From Dehalococcoidales bacterium (GTDB taxonomy: Bacteria > Chloroflexota > Dehalococcoidia > Dehalococcoidales > GCA-2688105), in contig DAOWJS010000028.1 in assembly GCA_030640255.1 (NCBI GenBank), forward strand, positions 1-34,430: 34,430 nucleotides of DNA, written 5' to 3'. The notes below the pieces were generated by a model. It worked only from the letters and a program-made list of their open reading frames with translations. It had not been told where the DNA came from and searched no databases. Made by a program: the position numbers and the translations under genes. Numbering within the stretch: position 1 is the stretch's first letter; each line of letters opens with the position of its first letter. Positions 26,405 through 34,430 of the stretch are shown here, piece by piece.

Positions 26405-29400
26405 TCATACTAATATACCCTCAATCTCAGCCATGATTTCTTCACTGGTGAAGTGCTTGCCAGTATTAGCCCCACTGGGGCAAGCGGCCACACAGACTCC
26501 GCAGCCCTTACACAGAGCTTCATTAACCCAACACACCTTTTTCTCCTCGTCAAAGGAGATAGCCCGGTAGGGGCACAGACTCTCACAGACTCTGCAACCG
26601 GAGCAAAGCTCTTCATTGATATGAGCGATGGCAGCTTCAATCTCTATGGTGCCGGCGCTAATCATGGCTAGAACTCGGGCAGCGGCTGCCGACGCCTGAG
26701 CCACCGTGGCCGGAATATCCTTAGGCGACTGGCAGCAACCGGCAACGAAGATACCGTCAGTCATTGTTGCCACCGGGTCAAGCTTGGGGTGTCTCTCTAG
26801 GAAGAAGCCATCGGCGCTTCGGCTCAAGGAGAACAGCCGGGCAACTTCCTCTACATCCGCTCTTGGTTCAAGACCTGTGCTCAGTATCACCATATCCACC
26901 GGGACTTGGCGCTGGATATTGGCTAAAGTATCTTCAACCTGGACAATCAGTTTACCATCCTGCGGAATAATATCGCTGGGACGACCCCGAATAAAGTTAG
27001 TTCCTTCATCCAGAACTCGGTTATAAAACTCCTCGTAAGCCTTGCCCGCTGCCCTGAGGTCAATATAGAATTCATAGACTTTAGCTCCGGGAACATGCTC
27101 TCTTATCAAGTGGCTGAATTTCATGGAGTACATACAGCACACTTGGGAGCAATATTCGTGATAATTCTTGTCACGGCTGCCTACACAGTGGATAATGCCC
27201 ACTGTCTTCGGCTCTGAGCCGTCCTTCAATAGCACATGACCGTCGGTAGGTCCTGAGGCGTTAATGAGCCGCTCAAACTCAAGACTGGTAACAACGTTAT
27301 CCAGGCGTCCATAGCCATACTGGTAAATTGGAGTGGGGTCAAAACTGTCGTAACCAGTGGCTATGATTATGTTACCAACATCTACCTCGACAATCTCCTC
27401 CTCCATCTGGAAATTAATTGCCTCCGCTTGGCAGGCCTTAATGCATTCCATGCACTCTGAGCACACACCACAGTTCAAACAGCGTTTGGCTTCTTCAATA
27501 GCCGTTTTTTCGTCAAAGCCTAGCTCAACCTCGGCAAAACCGTGGCGTTTCTCTGGTTCAAGCATTGGCATGGCTGCCCTTGCCTTTATCTCCACCCCCT
27601 CCTTTGATACCTCTTTTACCCTTTCCAAGGGGGCTGGTCTTCCCTCTTTTAGGTCTCCCCCGCTAAGGTAGAGGTCGATGGAGATAGCGGCTTCCTTTCC
27701 GGTCGCCACCGAGGCAATAACATCAGACGGACCAGAAACCACATCACCGCCAGCAAAAACACCTTCAATATTGGTTTGCAAGGTAGCCGGGTCAACGGAG
27801 AGGGTTCCCCAGCTGGTATATTCAAGCTCCTTGGGCAGCATTGTCTTATCCACCGCTTGACCAATGGCAATGATTACCGTATCAACATCCATATTGAATT
27901 CCGAGCCTTTAATTGGTATCGGACGTCGGCGACCACTGGCATCAGGTTCACCTAGCTCCATCCGGATACATTGGATACCGGTTACTCGGTCATCTTGGGT
28001 CAGGACTTTAACCGGTGCCATCAGGATATTGAGCTTAATTCCTTCCTGCTCGGCTTCATCAATCTCGCTCTTCTCGGCTGGCATTTCGGCTCGGGAACGG
28101 CGGTAGACAAGCGAGACCTCTTTGGCTCCCAGGCGGTGGGCTACTTTGGCGGCATCTATGGCGGCATTGCCACCACCGATAACTGCCACTCGGTCACCAA
28201 GGTCAACCGTTCTCCCTGAACTTACCCGCTTCAGGAAGTTGAGGGCGTGGATTACTCCCTTGGCGTCTTCATTGGGAATACCCATCTTCTGGCTTATCCC
28301 GGCGCCGGTACCGAGGAATATCGCTTTATAGCCTTGATTGAAGATATCCTCCAGGTCTTTCACCGGGGTATTTGTTTTTATCTCTACTCCAAGCTCTTCT
28401 ATATAGCTGATTTCATTATCCAATATCTTCTTGGGTAACCGGTGTTCCGGGATACCATAGCGTAATAGACCACCGGCTTGGGGGGCGGCTTCAAATACAG
28501 TAACCGGGTATCCCTGTCTAACCAGGTCGTAGGCACAAGCCAAGCCTGCCGGTCCGGAGCCGATAATGGCTACATTGTCTTTCTTTGTCTTTTCCACGGG
28601 AGTCGCCTTTTCTCTGCCTACTCTCATCTCGTAGTCAGCCATGAAGCGTTTTAGAGAGCGAATGGATACCGGCTCATCAACCTTGCCTCTTTCACACTCT
28701 TTCTCGCAGGGATGTACGCAAACCCGCCCACAGACCCCGGCAAAGGGCATAGTTCGCCTCAGTACTTCAAGCGCTTCCTTGAACTTGCCCCGGGAGATAA
28801 GGGCTATATAGCCTTGGGCATTGACCCCAGCAGGACAGGCAACCCGACATGGTGGATAGCCTCGTTTATCAATAACGAACTTATTGGGGACAGCCTGAGG
28901 GAAAGGTCTATATATCGCCTTCCTCTGGCTTAATTTGAGGTCATACTCATTAGGCACTTCAACGGGACACGCCTGTTCACACTCGGCGCAACCGGTGCAT
29001 TTGTCAACATCTATATATCTGGGCTTCTTTCTGATTTTAACCGTGAAGTTGCCGATATAGCCGGCAACCTCCTCTATTTCACTATAGCTCATTAGCTCAA
29101 TATAGGGATGTGACCCTACCTGGCTCATCTTTGGAGTAAGAATACAAGCCGAGCAATCCAGAGTGGGGAAGGTCTTATCTAGCTGGCTCATATGCCCGCC
29201 AATGCTGGGCTCCCTTTCCACCAGATAGACGGTGTGTTTAGAATCGGCAATCTCCAGAGCCGCCTGAATGCCAGCAATGCCCCCTCCTAATACCAAGGTG
29301 TTGGGGTTGATGGAAACCTCTCTGCTCTCCAAGGGTTCTTGATAGTAAACACGCCTTACCGCAGCGCTTACCAACGCCTTGGCTTTCTCGGTAGCTTGGT

Positions 29401-29740
29401 CGTGGTCTTCGGTTACCCAGGAGCAGTGCTCGCGAATATTAGCCATCTCAAAGAGGTAGCGATTCAGCCCCGCGCTCTCACAGACTCGTCGGAAGGTTAA
29501 CTCATGCATTCGCGGGGAGCAGGAAGCCACCACCACCCGGTTGAGCCCCAGATTCTTAATATCCTCTCTAATAATATCCTGTCCTGGGTCAGAACACGTG
29601 TACTTGTTATGGCGGGCCACTACTACAGAAGGCAATCCTTGAGCAAATTCAGTAACTGCTTCTACATCGACCGTCCCGGCGATATTACTGCCACAGTGAC
29701 AAATATAGACTCCAATTCTCCTCTCATTTGCATTAGCCAT
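26405..29740 (-). CDS. hdrA: HdrA-like flavoprotein with an inserted GltD/NfnB-like NAD(P)H oxidoreductase module (HdrL-type)
   Basis: 1111-aa ORF. The HdrA N-terminal Cys domain reads VYICHCGSNIAG. The FAD motif is LGGGIAGIQAA. The inserted ferredoxin domain is split: CTGCAECEQACP at residues ~248-259 and CLNCGVCSECMECIKAC at ~754-770. Between them lies a GltD-like module (residues ~295-750) with AIIGSGPAGLACA and VAVIGGGNAAIDAA. A 2x[4Fe-4S] domain closes the C-terminus. Confidence 0.9.
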   Translation of the reverse strand: MANANERRIGVYICHCGSNIAGTVDVEAVTEFAQGLPSVVVARHNKYTCSDPGQDIIREDIKNLGLNRVVVASCSPRMHELTFRRVCESAGLNRYLFEMANIREHCSWVTEDHDQATEKAKALVSAAVRRVYYQEPLESREVSINPNTLVLGGGIAGIQAALEIADSKHTVYLVEREPSIGGHMSQLDKTFPTLDCSACILTPKMSQVGSHPYIELMSYSEIEEVAGYIGNFTVKIRKKPRYIDVDKCTGCAECEQACPVEVPNEYDLKLSQRKAIYRPFPQAVPNKFVIDKRGYPPCRVACPAGVNAQGYIALISRGKFKEALEVLRRTMPFAGVCGRVCVHPCEKECERGKVDEPVSIRSLKRFMADYEMRVGREKATPVEKTKKDNVAIIGSGPAGLACAYDLVRQGYPVTVFEAAPQAGGLLRYGIPEHRLPKKILDNEISYIEELGVEIKTNTPVKDLEDIFNQGYKAIFLGTGAGISQKMGIPNEDAKGVIHALNFLKRVSSGRTVDLGDRVAVIGGGNAAIDAAKVAHRLGAKEVSLVYRRSRAEMPAEKSEIDEAEQEGIKLNILMAPVKVLTQDDRVTGIQCIRMELGEPDASGRRRPIPIKGSEFNMDVDTVIIAIGQAVDKTMLPKELEYTSWGTLSVDPATLQTNIEGVFAGGDVVSGPSDVIASVATGKEAAISIDLYLSGGDLKEGRPAPLERVKEVSKEGVEIKARAAMPMLEPEKRHGFAEVELGFDEKTAIEEAKRCLNCGVCSECMECIKACQAEAINFQMEEEIVEVDVGNIIIATGYDSFDPTPIYQYGYGRLDNVVTSLEFERLINASGPTDGHVLLKDGSEPKTVGIIHCVGSRDKNYHEYCSQVCCMYSMKFSHLIREHVPGAKVYEFYIDLRAAGKAYEEFYNRVLDEGTNFIRGRPSDIIPQDGKLIVQVEDTLANIQRQVPVDMVILSTGLEPRADVEEVARLFSLSRSADGFFLERHPKLDPVATMTDGIFVAGCCQSPKDIPATVAQASAAAARVLAMISAGTIEIEAAIAHINEELCSGCRVCESLCPYRAISFDEEKKVCWVNEALCKGCGVCVAACPSGANTGKHFTSEEIMAEIEGILV

Positions 29741-29743
29741 ATG

Positions 29744-30709
29744 TCACTCCCTCCCTTTGAGTAAAGCCTTGGTTCTTAGACTGCTTTCACGCTCTATCGC
29801 TGATTTGCTTGTAGCTGGTGCCCGTTCAGCTGATTTAGATGTAAATCGTGCCAGAACCCTTTCGGTGGATATAATGTTCTTATCCAAAGCCAATGCTTTG
29901 GGCTCGACCCCTAGCGCCAAGCCTAACAATTGGGTAAAGAACAGAATAGGCAGGTTATATCTAGTTCCAAATTTCCTACTTGCCATAGCCTGGTAAGCAT
30001 CAAGGTTAGTCTGACACAGGGGACAGACAGTAACCATACACTTGGCACCACCACTGGCAGCACTTTCAAGCAATTTATGAATTAAACCCAGCGCTATATC
30101 CACTTCAGGTATGACCAGGGAACTCCCACAACAACGGTCTTTTAAGGGGAAGGGGGTGGACTCTGCTCCCAGGCTCACGATAAATTCATCTAGCGACTGC
30201 GGGTTATACTTATTATCGAATCCAGGCTCGGGACGAACTAGTTGACAGCCGTAGTAAGCAGCTACTTTCAACTCACTAAGGGGGTTAACCACCTTAGACT
30301 CAATGACCTTAAGCCCGATATCATTGTAGATGACCTCAAATAGGTGCCGCACTCTGACTGTTCCCTTATACTCTAAGCCGACACTGGTCAAGCAATCATT
30401 TACCTTATCCCTTAGGTCAGGGTATTGCCTGAGTTGAGAATTAGCTCTATTTAACGAGGTATAGCAAGCGCTGCATGGCGTCACCAAGTCTAGTCCTGTC
30501 TTCTCAGCCAGAGCCAGGTTACGAGTTGCCACGGCGACTGAGGCAAGCTCATCGGTTGAGCTGTAGGGTGTTGTCCCACAGCAGTTCCAGTCTTCCAGTT
30601 CAACTAGCTCCATCTCCAGGGGACCACAGATAGCCTGTGTCGACAGACCGTAGGCTACTGCTGTTCCTTCAGATGAAGAGCAGCCGGGAAAGTAGGAGTA
30701 ATACTTCAT
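29744..30709 (-). CDS. hdrB: heterodisulfide reductase subunit B-like protein (two CCG domains)
   Basis: 321-aa ORF with two Cys-rich CCG motifs: NCCGTT...PCSACY and CCGSSL...CPLCQ. Confidence 0.9.
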   Translation of the reverse strand: MKYYSYFPGCSSSEGTAVAYGLSTQAICGPLEMELVELEDWNCCGTTPYSSTDELASVAVATRNLALAEKTGLDLVTPCSACYTSLNRANSQLRQYPDLRDKVNDCLTSVGLEYKGTVRVRHLFEVIYNDIGLKVIESKVVNPLSELKVAAYYGCQLVRPEPGFDNKYNPQSLDEFIVSLGAESTPFPLKDRCCGSSLVIPEVDIALGLIHKLLESAASGGAKCMVTVCPLCQTNLDAYQAMASRKFGTRYNLPILFFTQLLGLALGVEPKALALDKNIISTERVLARFTSKSAERAPATSKSAIERESSLRTKALLKGRE

Positions 30710-31320
30710 TTAACACCTCCTAAAGCCTTGGCTCTCTCCACAATGGTTTTAATTTGCTCAGCTCCTTTTATCCTTGTCGGCTTAATAGTCATGCGTCGGT
30801 GTAACATCAGGTTTAATGCCAGTGGAAGCATCTTAACCAGAGAAAATGGATTTGTCTTTCCGGTCAATACTGTCGTTAGATAATACTTCATCATCATTCC
30901 CAGCTCATGGACACGTCCGTTACTCTTTATAGAGTCAATGAAAGCCCGGTACATAGTGGCGGTCGTCGTTCTCTTGGTGGTTAGCCCATAGTAGGTGGAT
31001 AAGCGTTCCAGGGCGTGCATAAGCTCGGTTATCTTAACCTCCTTGGGGCAGCGTACAGTGCAAAGATAGCAAGAGGCACAAACCCACATAGTATTGCTCT
31101 TCAAGACATCGTAGCGTCTCCCGGCATGGATCAAAGCAATTGTTCTTCGGGGTGAATTGTCCATTTGAGCCACATTAGGACACGATGCTGAACACATACC
31201 ACATTGGATGCACCACCGCACACTCTCACCACCTGGAATAGAACAGACCTCCTCAAGAAACTCTTCGCCCTCGGTTGTCATTACCAATACATCGCTAGTT
31301 TTGCTGGCTACAGAGTTCAT
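30706..31320 (-). CDS. hdrC: heterodisulfide reductase subunit C-like protein (2x[4Fe-4S])
   Basis: 204-aa ORF with CIQCGMCSASCP and CASCYLCTVRCP. Its stop overlaps the hdrB start. Confidence 0.9.
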   Translation of the reverse strand: MNSVASKTSDVLVMTTEGEEFLEEVCSIPGGESVRWCIQCGMCSASCPNVAQMDNSPRRTIALIHAGRRYDVLKSNTMWVCASCYLCTVRCPKEVKITELMHALERLSTYYGLTTKRTTTATMYRAFIDSIKSNGRVHELGMMMKYYLTTVLTGKTNPFSLVKMLPLALNLMLHRRMTIKPTRIKGAEQIKTIVERAKALGGVK

Positions 31321-31637
31321 AATTAAACCCCTCTTGATTTAATTTTGCCTATTGTGCTTCTTATGCGGTAGGATTATATAGGTGGTGATGAATGAAACAA
31401 TGGCTACCGCGCCCAGCCTGACAGCTGTTAACCATACTTACTGGCGGCTGTTTTTTGAACCGGTAGGAAACCATAAACCATTAGGCGTAATTTTCTATTC
31501 GTGGCATTTTAGCATATTGCTCAATTGCTTGGCAAAGTTTTGGGGCAACCCAATATCTGGATTATTGATGGGGCGGTGATTTTGATATACGATTTATCTA
31601 TCATTGGTCATAGAGGAGATAGAAGGGAGACAAACCA

Positions 31638-32279
31638 ATGAAGCTTACCATTGTATATGACAATGAAACCAGGACGAAGGGGCTAAAGGCGGGGTGGGGC
31701 TTTTCATCTCTGATAGAAACAGAAAATGTGCCACCAATCCTGTTTGATACCGGAGCTGACAGTGCCACATTGTTACATAATATGAAGGAGTTGGGAATTG
31801 ACCCGAGACGCATAGGGATAATCGTAATTTCGCACGCTCACGGCGACCATACTGGAGGTCTTGATGGTGTGTTGCAGATAAATAAGGAGGCCGAGGTCTA
31901 TGTTCCAACATCCTTTGGGGAGACTATCCCGGGCAGAAAAGTAACCGTAGTTACCGATTCCCTCCAGATTGCTGAAGGTGTTTTCTCTACTGGTGAGCTT
32001 GGAGGTATGGAGCAGTCTTTAGCTCTCAAAACGAGCCGGGGGATTCTTATCGTAGTAGGATGCTCCCATCCCGGACTTGGGGAAATTATAGACGCGGCTT
32101 CAAGATTTGGAAAGGTTTACGGGGTTGTCGGTGGTTTCCACGCCTTCCGTGATTTTGAGAGATTAAATGACCTATCCCTGATAGGTCCTTGCCACTGCAC
32201 ACTATATAAGACAGAAATAAGGCGCCTGTTTCCCAAACAATGCATAGAGTGCGGGGTAGGAATGATTCTGGAGCAATAA
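31638..32279 (+). CDS. MBL-fold metallo-hydrolase (COG1237-like)
   Basis: 213-aa ORF containing ILFDTG and the metal motif HAHGDHTGG. The N-terminus KLTIVYDNE...GWGFS is typical of the short MBL family. Confidence 0.85.
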   Translation: MKLTIVYDNETRTKGLKAGWGFSSLIETENVPPILFDTGADSATLLHNMKELGIDPRRIGIIVISHAHGDHTGGLDGVLQINKEAEVYVPTSFGETIPGRKVTVVTDSLQIAEGVFSTGELGGMEQSLALKTSRGILIVVGCSHPGLGEIIDAASRFGKVYGVVGGFHAFRDFERLNDLSLIGPCHCTLYKTEIRRLFPKQCIECGVGMILEQ

Positions 32280-32393
32280 CGGAGTCTGCCTTGCCACGGC
32301 TATGGCTCCAGAGTTATTATGTGAGAGGAAAATATATATCCCTTGGGATAAGGGTTAGGTTTCGCTTATCCCCATATTGATGTTGGCAAAGTA

Positions 32394-32969
32394 ATGTATA
32401 AAAGCTACCGAGGCTTCAATTTAACCCCCGTGTGGGTATTGATAACTATAAACTTTCTGCTATTTATAGCTACGCTCATAGATTATAGGCTTATCTTCCT
32501 TCTTGGATTACAGCCGGCTGCCTTTCACGATATGCCATGGACTATAGTTACCAACCTTTTTATCCATGCTGGTATCGGGCATATTATCGCCAACATGATA
32601 ACCCTCTATTTCTTCGGGAGCTTTCTGTCTAGATTGATTGGAGGGAGAAGCTTTCTCATCGTTTACTTTTTGGGGGGGATACTGGGAAATATCTGTTACC
32701 TGCTTCTGCCTCCTTCGCCCCTAGCTATAGCTGTCGGTGCCTCAGGAGCCATCTTTGCTCTGGGAGGAACGCTGGCGGTAATGGTGCCCAGGTTGAGGGT
32801 CTTTGTATTTCCCATCCCAGCCCCTCTTCCCCTCTGGGTAGCGGTCATCGGCGGTTTCTTCATAATCTCCTTTCTCCCCCAAGTAGCCTGGCAGGCTCAC
32901 CTTGGCGGTCTGGTTTTTGGCCTTATAGCCGGCTTATTCTTCAGACAGAGGCAACACCGTTCCTTTTAG
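32394..32969 (+). CDS. rhomboid family intramembrane serine protease
   Basis: 191-aa ORF with about six TM helices. It has FIHAGIGHIIANM, the catalytic-Ser motif GASGAIFALGG, and the catalytic His in AHLGGLVFG. Confidence 0.88.
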   Translation: MYKSYRGFNLTPVWVLITINFLLFIATLIDYRLIFLLGLQPAAFHDMPWTIVTNLFIHAGIGHIIANMITLYFFGSFLSRLIGGRSFLIVYFLGGILGNICYLLLPPSPLAIAVGASGAIFALGGTLAVMVPRLRVFVFPIPAPLPLWVAVIGGFFIISFLPQVAWQAHLGGLVFGLIAGLFFRQRQHRSF

Positions 32970-32986
32970 AGAAGCGCTCGGTGGTA

Positions 32987-34126
32987 TCATCTGGTAAACC
33001 AGATAAATAGGCCGGCTCCTACCAGCGACATACTGGCGCCAAAGTAAAATACTGAGTTAATATTTGCCACATCGGCTAATACCCCGCTCAGCAGTGGTCC
33101 TATAGCCATGCCTATGCTGAATGCCATATTAAACATGGCCATGGTTGAGCCCATGCCAAACCTTTTGCCCTCCTCTATGGCTAGGGCTGAGGCGGCGGGC
33201 AAAGCAACGGCTCCCCCAAGGCTACCGAGAGCGCATATCCCTAATAGTTGCCAGAAGTTGCTTCCCAGGGGAATCAGAGCCAGGAAGGCGAGGTTGGTAA
33301 GGCCGCCAATGACTATCAGAGTTCTTCTATTGAACCTGTCGGCAATATGACCACCGTAAAGCTGAAATAGTGACATCAGCAAGATATTAACTGCCAGCAG
33401 CACCCCGATGAGAGTTGGACTTAAGCCAATATATATGCCGGCGAAGATAGGCAGGAAGGTGGCGAAAATCCCCCTGCCCAGAGATGAAGCCAGCCGGAAA
33501 CTAAAGAGACCCTTTATCATGCCACTGGTGCACATTTCGCTAAAGGATGGATGAAGGCTGGCTGCCATTTTCCTCTGTCTAGCTTCGGGAAGGAAAAGAG
33601 CCACTACTAAAAATGCCAGCAGATTAAGGCCACCCATAGTGGAGAAGGCAACATTCATCCCAAAGTGGTCAGTTAGGATTCCACCTATCAAAGGACCGAA
33701 GCCAAAACCAGCGAAAAAGGCAGCATTGAAGTAGCCCATCCAGGTTCCCTCTTCACCCTCGGGAGAGATGTCACCAACATAAGCCTGGGCAATGGGTATA
33801 ATCATACCGGCGGTAGCCCCGTTAATTAAGCGGACTAAGGTTAGCTGGGAGACACTATCTGCCCATATATAGCCTAGTGAAATAATTGAGTAGCTAAACA
33901 GCCCAATGCTGAGAAGCAGCTTTCGTCCCCAGCGGTCGGAGAGCCAGCCGGTAATAGGCATAAATATAGTTCGAGAAATAGAGAAGCCGGCAAAGATTAT
34001 ACCTATCCAGATTCCAGTGGCTCCCAGGTTCTCGGCGTAAAGAGGCAACAGTGGAGCGACTATCCCAACCCCTAGCATAGACGAGAAAATGGATAGAGCC
34101 AGGATAGGGAAGACCTTTTTTATCAT
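32987..34126 (-). CDS. MFS transporter
   Basis: 379-aa ORF with about twelve TM helices and MFS motif A (GWLSDRWGRKLLL). Confidence 0.9.
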   Translation of the reverse strand: MIKKVFPILALSIFSSMLGVGIVAPLLPLYAENLGATGIWIGIIFAGFSISRTIFMPITGWLSDRWGRKLLLSIGLFSYSIISLGYIWADSVSQLTLVRLINGATAGMIIPIAQAYVGDISPEGEEGTWMGYFNAAFFAGFGFGPLIGGILTDHFGMNVAFSTMGGLNLLAFLVVALFLPEARQRKMAASLHPSFSEMCTSGMIKGLFSFRLASSLGRGIFATFLPIFAGIYIGLSPTLIGVLLAVNILLMSLFQLYGGHIADRFNRRTLIVIGGLTNLAFLALIPLGSNFWQLLGICALGSLGGAVALPAASALAIEEGKRFGMGSTMAMFNMAFSIGMAIGPLLSGVLADVANINSVFYFGASMSLVGAGLFIWFTR

Positions 34127-34141
34127 ACGAATATCTGAAGT

Positions 34142-34171
34142 ATTATAGTGCCTTGAGGCTCATCTTGGCAA
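34142..34171 (-). promoter_or_regulatory. candidate promoter of the MFS gene (short leader), abutting cluster F
   Basis: The minus strand reads TTGCCA (34166-34171), an 18-nt spacer, then TATAAT (34142-34147). Fifteen nt with no SD lie before ATG 34126. The repeat end GGGTTAAACAATCTC lies 5 nt upstream of the -35 box. Confidence 0.5.
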
Positions 34172-34176
34172 TCTAA

Positions 34177-34390
34177 GAGATTGTTTAACCCTATCCCCTG
34201 TATCCCCTTCCCCTTATCAAGGGGAAGGGGAGATAATTTCTTTAGAGGGGCTACGCCCCTCTAAAACTCTCCCATTATTGCTCCAGAGTAAGGAGAGTTA
34301 AAGAGAGGCTTCGCCTCTCTTATATAACTAATTCCCCTTCCCCTTATCAAGGGGGAAGGGGATAAAGGGGATGGGGTTACCAAATAAAAA
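34177..34390. repeat. intergenic hairpin-repeat cluster F (two P3-bearing units with imperfect inverted ends)
   Basis: Left end GAGATTGTTTAACCCTATCCCCTGTAT at 34177-34203. P3 at 34204-34230. P2 at 34242-34264. AGAGAGGC-TTC-GCCTCTCT at 34302-34320. P3 at 34334-34361. ATAAAGGGGATGGGGTTACC at 34362-34381. Confidence 0.85.
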
Positions 34391-34430
34391 TGAGAGAAAT
34401 AGAAGCTAGCGCCATTACTCAAGTTGTATC

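Noticed and set aside
26410-28933. Eleven short track ORFs on both strands within hdrA.
   Set aside because: They are alternative-frame or antisense shadows of a 1111-aa ORF with continuous domain homology.
31382-31579. 65-aa plus-strand ORF in the hdrC-MBL spacer.
   Set aside because: It has no SD upstream of the GTG start, a hydrophobic and aromatic-rich odd composition, and it overlaps the likely hdrC promoter region. The evidence is insufficient to call a gene.

Overview
This is a bacterial chromosomal window of roughly half G+C, with frequent TTG/GTG starts and 4-nt stop/start overlaps. The gene content would fit an anaerobic Chloroflexota/Dehalococcoidia-like genome, but that is only a guess. 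Most of it is housekeeping. There is a minus-strand pyrimidine operon (pyrR, pyrB fused to a PyrI zinc domain, pyrC, carA, an orphan gene, carB, pyrK) with a recognisable PyrR-binding leader. The window also holds pcrA/uvrD, mutL and lepB, a riboflavin operon (ribD-ribE-[insert]-ribBA-ribH), bioY and tRNA-Val(GAC). Further along are an hdrC-hdrB-hdrA operon whose HdrA carries an inserted GltD/NfnB-like NAD(P)H module, an MBL hydrolase, a rhomboid protease and an MFS transporter. The gene list does not explain six intergenic sites (4421-4900, 6008-6333, 14539-14623, 19641-19727, 22467-22894, 34177-34390), about 1.7 kb in total. They are filled by one family of modular G-tract/C-tract palindromic repeats. 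The modules are three hairpin types (P1, P2, P3), a GGGGATnGGGTTACC module and a GGGGGTGAGGT 'cap', and they recur in a conserved order. In the five sites where the cap itself is present (and at a cap-like end in the sixth) it is at the end next to a gene and reads toward a start codon or a consensus promoter. Two sites split otherwise conserved operons and sit next to orphan genes: an AT-rich 217-aa gene between carA and carB, and a lipoprotein gene between ribE and ribBA. I do not recognise this repeat family as a named one, and it is the best candidate here for something undescribed. Other points are a ~0.8-kb islet at tRNA-Val bounded by a 14-bp direct repeat (hicB plus a hicA with an in-frame TGA), several consensus promoters giving near-leaderless mRNAs, and a rib operon with no FMN riboswitch.
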